Source: Octopus vulgaris (lineage: Eukaryota). Taken from it: 64,000 bases of DNA. The translations under genes and the position numbers were made by a program. The DNA lies in contig OX597815.1 in NCBI GenBank assembly GCA_951406725.2, positions 121,954,001 to 122,018,000 of the forward strand, written 5' to 3'. The notes below the pieces were generated by a model that had not been told where the DNA came from, did no database searches, and saw only the letters and a program-made list of their open reading frames with translations. Positions 53,180 through 64,000 of the stretch are shown here, one piece after another (position 1 is the first letter of the stretch; every line of letters starts with the position of its first letter).

Positions 53180-54020
53180 AAGGCGGTGAGCTGGCAGAAA
53201 TGCTAGCATGCCGGGTGAAATGCTTATCAGTATTTTGTCTGTCTTTACGTTCTGAGTTCAAATTCCTCCAAGGTTGACTTTGCCTTTCATCCTTTCGGAG
53301 GTCAATAAATTAAGTACCAGTTGCATACTGAGGTTGATCTAATTGACTACCCACCCCCAAGAAAAAATTTTGGGGCCTTGTGCCTAGAGTAGAAAGGAAT
53401 GTCATGCAGAGCAGTGACTGTATCTTGAGTTCATCCTGTTGCTGTTGCATATATAATCTGATTAACACAATAGAGTATCATGTATTTAACTCTTGCTGTA
53501 CATTGTCTATAATGTAGCAGGATCTGGCCAGATTCAAAACTCGATATTCAGAATCCTTGGGTGTGCATTGTTTCTTGTTTGTTTATTAGCCGACCAACAA
53601 AAGTTTTTCAGCAAGTCCAGTTAAACAAATCAATTGTGTCAATTTGACCCTTCTATTTCATGTCTCTCCTTTACAATGATGATTATTAAAACAAAAAACG
53701 ATATCTGAGACACTTCACCATTGCCCAGCATAGGAGGGTAGCAATGGTAATAGCAGTAGCAACAACAACATTATTTGCATAATATTATCTAACATACAAG
53801 GTGGCGAGCTGGCAGAAACATTAGTACGCCGGGCAAAATGCTCAATGGTATTTTGTCTGTCTTTACTTTCTGAGATCAAATTCCACCAAGGTTGACTTTG
53901 CCTTTCATCCCTTCAGGGTAGATAAATTAAATACCAATTGCATACTGGGGTCGATCTAATTGACTGCCCCCCACCCCCACCCAAAAAATATTCCAGGCCT
54001 TGTATCTAGAGTTGAGAAAA
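53180..54020 (+). mobile_element. Two SINE family B copies (53180-53400 and 53798-54020)
   Basis: aagg(c/t)gg(t/c)gagctggcagaaa head and ctttgcctttcatcc body. Confidence 0.88.
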
Positions 54021-55526
54021 ATATTATCTAACATATGTTACAGAAAATTCCTAATCATTATGTTTGTTTCATGAATGTTATTCTATTAAATTAACTACAT
54101 GTACACTTGTAAATATAAACAATGTGGGTTAATAAAATATATGGAAACTCAATATTAATGTGGTCATTACTGTCTTCATATCTTATAGCCTCTCTAATAT
54201 TGTGAACTACTAACAAAGAATTTATGACTAAACAACACACTAAACACACTTTTTAGCATTTAATATAAACTTTATGTTTTAAAAACACTTGTCTATTAGT
54301 CTTCAAAAACACTCCCACATTCTTATTCTCAACAACATATAACCATAACTCTTAATTGGTAATCAAAGCAACATTTGAACAGAATCTTCAGCTTTTATAA
54401 TTAGAAATAGTGAACCCTTACTTTTGGACAAATCTAAATGCTATTTAATTTCTGAACACATTATAGTTTGTGACTCAACAAAATACAATGCCAGTTACCC
54501 AAAGGATACAGTTGAAAATTATTCTTTATCATTTATCATTCACATGTTGCCTGAAGTTTCAAAAATCATTGACAAAGAAAACACCTCTGCTGGTTATGTT
54601 TCCACCACTTTTGAAAAACTGAAAGATGTTAAATGCCTCATTGCCTACAGGACTATGTATTGGAGAGATTTTTATCTTTTGTTTACATTTCATTAATTTT
54701 TGCCAAATGTTTGCACTGATTTCCTTTTTCTTTATCAGTTGTTTTTAATCATTGAAATCTTTTTACTTGATTCAACATGTTCTTTCCTAGACTGTCATTC
54801 AGTAATTTACATACCTGTTTCTCCTGGATAGATTTCTCTGGTATTTGATTTTTGCTTTATTTTTGTGCACCCAACCTCATATGTATTGATAAGTATACAA
54901 GCACAACACCTGGCATTTTACAGTCTAAAATTTTCACCCTTACCCTGCAACTTAGCATTCATGTGAAACATATATTTCACCTTTCTATAGACCCACTTGT
55001 ATGAAATTTCATGCTACATTCAATTCCAGTAGACATCCCCTCTTGTAACTGGTGAACACATCTCACATCTCTCTTTCATTTAGTGCATAAATCCATGAAA
55101 CTCTCATTTGCATCTGGTTCGTGTTTATATGGTGCTTTATTTTGTCGTTTTTTTTTGTTTTTTTTTTGCTGACTCACCATCCTTTTTCATTCAGTCCCAT
55201 TACCCTATAACTCAGTTGGATTTCCACTTTTCATTCTTTGGCATAGGTGCAATTTGTTTTCTTGGGATATGGCCAATGCTGCAATGCGTCTGTGATTTTC
55301 TTTTATCAGTTTTCTATATAAGCTTGTACAATGCTACTACAATATACATACAAGTATATGCCTTCATATATTAGCAGTTAATCTCCAGTTTTAAGTATGT
55401 TTTAATGTGAACCCACAAACAATGGACATCCTCAACTGATATTTCAAAAATTTTACATGAATACAGCCATCATCAATTGATTCCCAGGTAGTTATTCATC
55501 AAATGCACCTAGGTGTAAGTAACCCT

Positions 55527-55755
55527 TATAGCTTTAGTTAAGCTGTACACAAAATAATTAACAGAGACCCAGAATGTGTTAGTGAAAGATTTATATAGTT
55601 GAGGACATGAGGGTGACAGCTACCAATCAACTCCTGCTTCATAAAAGCCCGCTTAACTGGAAGTAAGCTTCACCACAGACCAGCTCCCTAGCTAGCCCAC
55701 AGCGAAGTTCCTGTCTACAGTTCATCTGTCATAAATCCTTGGGCAATGTCCTACA
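55527..55755 (-). repeat. 3' LTR of the Gypsy element
   Basis: Direct repeat of 58845-59069 (tatagctttagttaagct...cctaca). Confidence 0.93.
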
Positions 55756-58700
55756 TATAGCTCTCCCACAGAACTCTTGACTGTCATTGGAGCCAGGAAA
55801 GTGTAGTAACTGCCCTGCCTATGCGTATGGTTACTCAGCTCTTTGGAGACTGTTCCTTGTCAAGGGTTGGTGTGATTTGCCTGGGGCAGCCCCTGTTCAG
55901 TGGTTGGGCTATTTACACAGGTCTGTCAATATCGAGATGAGCCAGTTTCAACCTATCAATGTAAACTGTGTCTTGCTGTCCACCAATTAGGAATCGGAAT
56001 GATTTGTTTCTAGGAAATATGACTTCATATGGGCCATCGTAGGGTGACTGGAGGGGGTTTTCATCAGGTGTCACACCGAACAAACATGAAGCTATCCATG
56101 TGAAGGTCATTTGGTATGGATGATCTAGGTGTACCATGTGTTGACATGGGAATAGGGCACAACTGGCTCACACTGTCTCTCAGTTGCACAAGGTACCTTT
56201 TGATATCTGAGTCTGATTTTGTGTTTGGAAGGAACTTTTGTGGCACTGTAAGAGGGGTACCATACACCATTTTCGTGGAAGGAATGTCAAGATTTTCCTT
56301 TGGGGCAGTGCAGATTCCTAGCATCACCCATGGAAGTTAATCAATCCAATTGGGCCTGTTAAGTCTGGTTGCCAAGGATTCCTTCAGGCGGTAGTGATGT
56401 TTCTCCACTAACCTGTTGGCCTGTGGATGGTAGGCTGTTGTACACTTCATTGTAATTCCAAAAAGATTACACATGTCATTCTACAATTTTGAGATAAATT
56501 GTGGACCCCAATCAGATGAGATGCTGTCTGGAACACCAAAACAGGCATCCCAGTTTGTGATGAAGTTCTGGCTGACTTCTTATGTTTTTGTGCTTCGGAG
56601 AGGGATAGCTTCAGCCCAAAGAGTGTAGCAGTCTACCAAGGTCAGTAGGTACAAACAACCTTGTGAAGGTGGTAGGGACCAACAAGGTCAATGTTGACGT
56701 GGCTGAAATGGGTGGTTCATAGTTGCTGAGGGGTACTTTGGTGTGCTGATGGAACTTGGCTTCTTGACAGGAGAGGCAGGTCTTGGTCTACTCATCAATT
56801 TGCTTGGCCATTCCATGTCAAATAAATTTGCTTGACATCAGGCACCATATGGCTCTAGCACCTGGGTGGGACAGTCCATGAATGATGTCAAAAACCTTCC
56901 TGCACCAGGCTAATGGGACAGTCAGTCATGGCTTTCCAGTGGATACATCACAGAGTAGAGTTGTGCCATTGGAGCCAAAGAGCATAGGAAAGTGATGTGA
57001 TGGCAGTACAGTAGGCCCTGATCTTGTCATCTGTCTGTTGGGCTGCAGCCATAGCCTTGTAATCCAGGCCTTCCATTATTGGGGTTAGGTTGGAGTAAGA
57101 GCAGATAGGGGCACAAGAGGGTGTGTTGGCAACTCAGTTGCCTTTTCCAGCTATGTGTTGGATGTCCATGGTGTACTCAGAAATGGTCAATAGCTGTTGT
57201 TGCTGGTATGCAGACTAATGCTCTGAGAGCTTGCTCATAGCAATGATGAATGGTTTGTAGTTTATGAACACTGTAAACATGCAGCCTTCAACAGAATAGC
57301 GAAAGTGGTGTATACTTTGATGGACAGCCAGCAGTTCCTTGTCAAAAGCACTGTATTTCTGTTCAGGAGGTCATAGTTGTCAACTGAAGTAGGCAAGTGG
57401 TCACCACTGACCATTGATGCATTGCTCCAAAATGCCCCCAATGGCTGTGCTGGAGGCATCGGCTGTGAATGCAGTCCAAGTTGACATATGAGGATGGGAC
57501 AGCATGTGTGCTTTAGCCAGGACTTGTTTTGTGGATTTGAAGGCTGAGGTCATTGCACCATCCCACGCCACTTGTCTATTTGAATGATCTTTTGATAGTA
57601 ACTTGCTCATCACTCTTGCTGCAGAAGGGATGAAGCAATGGTAAAAGTTTACCATGCTCAGAAATTGGTGTAGAGCCTTGCTTGTGATGGGCTGTCGAAA
57701 GGATGAAATAGCTTTCACTTTTCCTGGTAGGGGTGTAGCACCAGCACCTGTGATTCGATGTCCCACGAAGTCGATTTCTGTAACACCAAAAACACACTGA
57801 CAGAGTTGATTATATGACCATACTGTTCCAGTCTATCAAAAAGAGTCACCAGGTGGTTCTTGTGTAGCTCTGCATTTTGGTTTGTGATAAGGATATCATC
57901 TAAGTACGCAAAGACAAAATCAAGACCTCTTTACACAGTGTCCATCATGTGTTGGAAGGATTATGCTGCATTTCTCAGGCCAAAGGGTGTATGTAGGAAT
58001 TCATACAGCCTGAAAAGAGTGATCTCAGTAGTTTTAGGTACATCGTCATCTTGTATTGGTATTTGGTGGTAACCTCGGACGAGGTCGACCTTTGAGTAAA
58101 TCAAGCACCTGGCTAGGTGAGCTGAGAAGTCCTGTATGTGCAGAATGAGGTAGTGGTTGGGTGTTGTGTCTATGCTGAGATGGTGGTGATCTCTACAAGG
58201 TCACCAATCTCAGTTGGGATTTGCCACATGCAAGGATGACAACCAGGGACTGCTTGATTGATGAACTATGCCCAGTGCCTCTATATTGTCAAACTCGGCC
58301 TTTGTGATAGCAAGTTTGTCTGGTGATAGATGATGTACATGGCTGTGCACTGGGTTGGGGGGTGAATGGTGAGGATGTGGTGTGTCACTCCATGGTGGGC
58401 TGTCGGTTTGGAGAATGTTAGGGAAGTGAGGTTGGGGTGACTTGCAAAGAGATTCAAGAATTTGTTCTCAGTCTGAGAAACGGTTGCTATGCAGGGTGGG
58501 AGGATATGCAGATGTTGCAGAGACACGAAAGTGTATGTGTTACTGTTGATGAGTCGTCTCCTCTGCAAATCAACCAGTAGCAAGTGTGCTCAAAGAAAGT
58601 CTGCCCCGATAATGGGCTGATGGATATTGGCAGTAGTGAATGCCCATGTTTATATTTGTGAGTTACTTGGGGTTGGGTTAAAATGTCCAGCATCCTCATT

Positions 58701-58844
58701 GCCATGCCCTCATCTAGTTCCATAGTTTAACCAGAATTGTGGTAGCTTCGATGCTGTTGTGTGACTGCTTGCCATGTTTCTTTGATTTTCTGTTTACTTT
58801 GATGTATGAAACGAAAACTGTTGTTCTTCTGTGGGATCACCAGT

Positions 58845-59069
58845 TATAGCTTTAGTTAAGCTATACACACAAAAATTAACAGAGACCCAAAATATGTTAG
58901 TGAAAGATTTATATAGTTGAACTCATGAGGGTGACAGCTGTCAATCAACTCTTGCTTCTAAAAGCCCACTTAACTGGAAGCCCACTCAACTTCAGTGCAA
59001 ACCAGCTTCCCTGCAGTGATGTTCTTGTCTACAGTCCATCTGTCATAAATTCTTGGGTAGTGCCCTACA
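58845..59069 (-). repeat. 5' LTR of the Gypsy element
   Basis: Direct repeat of 55527-55755. Adjacent PBS resembles the tRNA-Trp-type TGGTGACCCCGAC. Confidence 0.93.
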
Positions 59070-60591
59070 CCCTTATCATTGAGAGATATCAAGTGGCAAA
59101 TGGAAGATTTATACATCGATGCACAAGTTGTTTTTCTGACTTTCCCTCATGAAGAAGATGATGATAATGAAGTCCTAGATAGCACAGAAGAAACAGATGC
59201 TTCAACAAGCTCTGGATGGAAAAAAATTCCCCAATTTTTCTTCTTTTGTACATTTGTTTGACAACAACGTAGGTATCTCAAATGAATTTATACTCATGCC
59301 AGATCCAAAGAAAAACGAATATTTTACAGCCCTTTTCAACTAGTTTAAAGTGAAAATAAATATAAAAAATTATCCTAAAGAATAAAAGATTTTTTTTTGT
59401 TTTTTTATCCGTTTTGTACATACATTCATGTAATTCTTTCTTGTCATTTAAGAGTTAAGCTCAAACTCCTGACAACACTTCTAATAGAGGCTGCTTCTAG
59501 CTACAGTTATACTAGTACTGCTTCACTTTCTATGCGACCTTGGTCATGTCAACTCACTACATTACTTATCTCAATCAAAATGGCTAATATCACCCATCAT
59601 CTTTGATTGACACTTCCATTAAGAACACATGCTACACTTCTTCTGTCATTTCAACCAGCTGTTAACCAATTCCTATATAACTTTCAATCTATATGGTTTC
59701 ACTTTGGTCATGATAAAATGTTGGGAAAGTTTGGTTTGCTATTTGGCTCGGCATATCCAGCAAGACTTCTCATACTATCTGCTATCTTTGTTTTGCATGT
59801 ATCAAGTATATACATTTAAACCCGATCATCTCATTTACTATTCCTTTATTTGTAAGACTACTCTTATATCCTTATTTTGTTCATTGTTTAGAGCAATCTT
59901 TCTGCATGGAGAATAATGTATCTGATATTCTGGCCAGATCTGAAAACTAAATTTATTGTTCATTGGCTAGAATTTTCATCATATCTATAAAATTCTGTAG
60001 AAGAAGAGAGGTATTCTTGTACTTTTTGCTTGTTTACCTAGCCTAAAAGAAAAGTTTTTAGAGTTTATAATTCAGACAATCAGTTGTGTCTAGTTGACCA
60101 TTCTATTTCATGGCTCATCGTTTTAATGAAGATTATAAAAACAAAGACAGTCATTTAGCAGTTAAGGTGTTAAGGTGCTTGAAACATGAAAATATTATTT
60201 AACACAACAAAACATTGAGCAGGATGGCCAACAGCAACAGCAGCCGCCCAAGAATTTGGACTGGAGATCTCCATTTCCAGTGACTTCGAGGGCCACCTCC
60301 CAGTGGTATCAGGCGTCAACAAAGAGCCCTCAACTACAAGACGACCAAAGTTTGTTTTTTTTTCTAAGGTCTGGGGTCTCCCACCCCTAAGCTCTAGACC
60401 ATCACCTAATCACCCTTAACCATTTTGTTGCTTAACAACAGCAACAACAACAACAACAACAACAGCAACAGCAGCAACAACAATTGAGTTGCACTCTTCA
60501 ACTCAGCCACTTGAGGTTAACTTTAGCTAGAACAGCTATTAACACAATGAGTCTTGTCTGAAGCTAGAACTCACACATGCAATGATATATA

Positions 60592-61852
60592 CAAGGATGG
60601 GCTGAAATGTTTATAGGTTGATTATCAAGGAGTGATGCTAGAACTGAAATCTTGCATGCATTAATTTCAATTCTTCTTATAAATAATTGTGATGTTTCTT
60701 TCAAGGTAAACTGGACATCTGACTATTCAAATAACACTTCAAAAGTAACTAGTAGCAATTTCTCTTGAAATTGACAAAATTTGGTATAATGGTGTTATCG
60801 AGTACCTGAAGAAAAAAGGCTTTAGCCCCCAGTGGCATTCATGCTGACCTGGTTGCTACACTAGGGGATGGACACTCTAGTTTTATCAACAGTGCAAAAG
60901 TGGGCAGATGAATCTAGGATGGAAGGGAGAGTCTTGAAGATGACCCAAGGTCTGGATGTCCTGCAGCTGCCACTATTGAGGTAAACATTGATTGTGTTCA
61001 CTGCGTGCTGATAGATGATAAGCAATTGGCTATAAATCAAATAGCCAATGCTATTAGCTTATTCCATGAGAGAGTTGAGAATATTCTACACAATAACTTG
61101 GTATGATGAAGGTTTCTGCTCAGTGAGTGTCATGTCTTCTGGCATTTGATCAAAAGCACACCAGGTTGATCACATCGCAGAAAGATCTGACATTATTTGA
61201 GGCAGATCCAGCTGACTTCCTTGAATGTTTCATAACCCAGGATGTGTGTTGGCTTTATCACTTTGAGCCCAAAACAATGAGACAATCCATACAGTGGTTT
61301 CACACTTCCTCACCTACTCCAAAGAAGGCCAAAGTCATTTCATCTGCAGAGTAGGTGATAACATTTCATCTTCAGGGAAGATATCATGTTTATTGACTAT
61401 CTTCAAAAGGGTCACACCATCAATAGAGAGTATTTTACCAGCTTGCTGTGGCAATTACATAAAGCTATCAAGAACAAACGCCTCAGAAAACTGATGAAAG
61501 GGATCTTGTTTCAGCAGAACAAAACTCCAGCACACATCCTTTGTTTTTGCTGCAGTGTGTGACTGTAGCTTTGAACTGGTTGGTCACCCTCCCTATTCTC
61601 CTCATTTCCCCCAACATGAAACAATACTTGGCTGAGAACCAGTATTGCAGTGATGATGATGTCATATCTGCTGTTGAGGCCATTTTTTTGACCAACGGGA
61701 TGAAAGCCTCTTCACCAATAGGACCTAGGCACTGCAACACCAATGGAAGAAGTGTGTGGACTGCAAGGGGGACAGTGTCGAAAAATAAACCTCATTTGGT
61801 CACATTCCATGAGAGTATCTTGGTCAGCCTATGAACTTTCACTTTACCATTG
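60592..61852 (+). mobile_element. Decayed near-full-length mariner
   Basis: TA flanks. Degenerate TIRs caaggatgggctgaaatgtttatagg / cctatgaactttcactttaccattg. Translation EDDPRSG, ITQDVCWLYHFEPKTMRQSIQW..PTPKKAK, with many stops. Confidence 0.85.
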
Positions 61853-61965
61853 TAACATCTAATCAAAGGAATTCTGCTTTTGCATATTTCCTTCTATTTG
61901 TATTTGGACTCAGGCATTTTTAAACTCGCAATTAGTCGTCTTTGCATTTCTGGCATCCTTGGTCT

Positions 61966-62347
61966 TTAGTGTGCACCTCGCCAACTTTGTTTCCTCATAA
62001 CTTTAAGAGAAACGGGTATTTTTAATAAAATTCTCTACAAATGTCTTTCAGATGGTGTAGACTATGACTACATCAGAATTTAATGAGGAAAACAAAAATA
62101 GTGGGTGGGAACACATACATACTGACATGTCGCATTTAAATCTACAGACTGAAACATGAAATTTTGAAAACCTTATGTTATGTGGATCAGTATGTCTGTG
62201 TACGCACCCACCATTTATTCCTTTACATTAAATTCGATTTAATCACAATCCATATCATCTGAAAGGTATTTGTAGAAAATTTCATTAAAAAATAGCTGTT
62301 TCCTGAAAGTTATGAGGAAATAAAGTCGGATTGGTGGTAAACACTGG
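61966..62347. mobile_element. Long-TIR foldback/MITE element (arms about 145 bp)
   Basis: ctttgtttcctcataacttt..gaaac...ctacaaat..ctttcagatg...catactga matches the reverse complement of tcagtatg...catctgaaagg.atttgtaga...gtttcctgaaagttatgaggaaataaag. Confidence 0.8.
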
Positions 62348-62376
62348 TATAGGCATGTATGAATACATGTGTGTTG

Positions 62377-62419
<43 letters not shown>

Positions 62420-62827
62420 ACACATTTTTTTTCCTATTTTTTACTTTTTAACGTTCCATGTCTTTGAGATATTAACATAGTTGTTAAGATAACTTTCTCC
62501 CCTAACTCCCATATACTGTAAATGAAATGAACTTGTTAAATTCTTGTTACACTTCATATTCTTTGTAAAGTACTTTTGACATCACTATTTTATATTAACT
62601 ACTAACTCCCACTTAGCTGTTACACAAATGCACACACACACATAGATAAATACAATTCTACCTGTATATACACATATATATACACACATATGCGCAACTT
62701 AAGTAGAACTATTTTGATGAAGAGAGATTGGCGCTATATATATCTGTGTTCACTATATGTTCAATACATGTACTTAGATGTTGGGACGTAGAAGTTACAC
62801 TTCAAACACACACAAACACACACATAA

Positions 62828-62858
<31 letters not shown>

Positions 62859-62919
62859 CTTACATACATACATACATAAATAGATAGATAGGTAGATACA
62901 TACATACATACATACATAA

Positions 62920-62957
<38 letters not shown>

Positions 62958-63154
62958 GAAGAGTGACAGAGAGGTGGAGAGAGAAAAAGCAAGAATAAGT
63001 GACGTCATAAACTTCGCTTCCTTACACGCTCATACACAGACATACACTGGTGGGGAGGGAGGGGGGAGAGAGACAAGTAGAGTGACGTCATAAACTTTAA
63101 TACATTACACATGTGCATGTGTGCACGTGCATGCAGACATGCACACATAAATAC

Positions 63155-63199
<45 letters not shown>

Positions 63200-63750
63200 T
63201 ACACATTCAGGTGAGGAGAGCGAGAAAGAGGTAGTGACAGCGTAAGAGCGAAAGAGGTGAGGAGAGGAAAGCTAGAATGAATGAGAGCGACATTACAAAC
63301 TTGACTACATATTCCTAAATTACTTTTCTCAACATTTTCTCTTTTTCACCTTTCCAACTTTTCTTTCCCTTTTCTCTAGTCGCGTTTACTTCTCAAAACT
63401 ACTCTACCTGCAGCTGTTTCCAATGCATATTCTACATCTCTGGCATTCAGTTTTTATCATCCCACTCCATTTCTCACTGTGTCTAACTTCTGCTATCCTT
63501 CTTCTCTCTCTCTCTCTTTCATTCTCCCTCTCCTTCTCTCGCTCTTTTTCTCTCTCTATCTGTTTATCTCTGTCTACCTGTGCCTGTCAATCTCTGTCTA
63601 TCTGCTTGTCCGTCTGTCTCTGTACATCTACCTCTTTCTATCTGTCTGCTTGTCAGTCTGTCTATCTCTGTCTCAGTCTCTTTCTCTCTCTCCCTCCCTC
63701 TCGGTATATACATAATGTGTGTGTGTGTGTATGTGTGTATCGCTCCCCTC

Positions 63751-63794
<44 letters not shown>

Positions 63795-64000
63795 TAATGG
63801 TAAAATATTTCTTTACCTTCACCCGTTTAATACAATAAATGAGTTAATTGCATTGCAATTAAAAACATTTATGTATTAAGAATTTGGGTACTATACCAAC
63901 AGTATATTGGATAAATACTATCCCTTAGTGGGTTGGATCCATAACCCCTAACTTACTTGGTGTTATATATATATATACAAAATATGGGGGTTTAGTTCGC

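Larger units (their letters stand above)
55527..59069 (-). mobile_element. Gypsy/Ty3 LTR retrotransposon, decayed, gag-deleted
   Basis: LTRs at 55527-55755 and 58845-59069. 4-bp TSD CCCT (55523-26, 59070-73). PBS tggtgatcccac follows the 5' LTR, and purine tract tgggagagc precedes the 3' LTR. pol order: protease (PIIGADFL), RT (FAYLDDIL), RNase H (TADASSTAIGGILEQ, DKELLA), integrase (HPG..C..C, SDWGPQF, YHPQAN, PYDGPYEV). Confidence 0.95.

Noticed and set aside
59079-59261. Plus-strand acidic ORF next to the LTR (and 54424-54696)
   Set aside because: Short, with no recognisable domain or splice support. Kept only as part of the unexplained region upstream of the Helitron.

Overview
This is an AT-rich, microsatellite-saturated animal genomic window. 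The SINE/MITE repertoire and the (TA)n/(CA)n/(TATC)n/(ATG)n density suggest an octopus or other coleoid cephalopod (inference). No recognisable intact host protein-coding gene is present, and most ORFs in the track are translations of simple repeats. The window is a layered transposon graveyard. (1) Two separate decayed Helitron RepHel genes lie on the minus strand (about 12.6-14.1 kb and about 46.7-53.2 kb). The second is still readable from the N-terminal region through the Rep HUH motif to the PIF1 helicase C-terminus despite at least 8 nested insertions. A probable non-autonomous Helitron with a canonical hairpin+CTAG end lies at 40.36-41.92 kb. (2) Three mariner elements, one full length with a DD34D triad and two frameshifts. 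(3) A gag-less Gypsy LTR element with both LTRs, PBS, PPT and a 4-bp TSD. (4) A Charlie/SPIN-type hAT transposase remnant, a hAT MITE and TTAA-type MITEs. (5) LINE fragments (CR1-like, RTE, REL-endonuclease type) and dozens of tRNA-derived SINEs. The most interesting non-catalogue signals are a chain of very small minus-strand candidate exons that splice into one open frame, a possible accessory unit upstream of the large Helitron marked by a diverged duplicated segment, several long foldback palindromes with a template-switch mosaic, and a quasi-palindrome correction visible between two duplicate copies. All of these need computation or RNA data to confirm.
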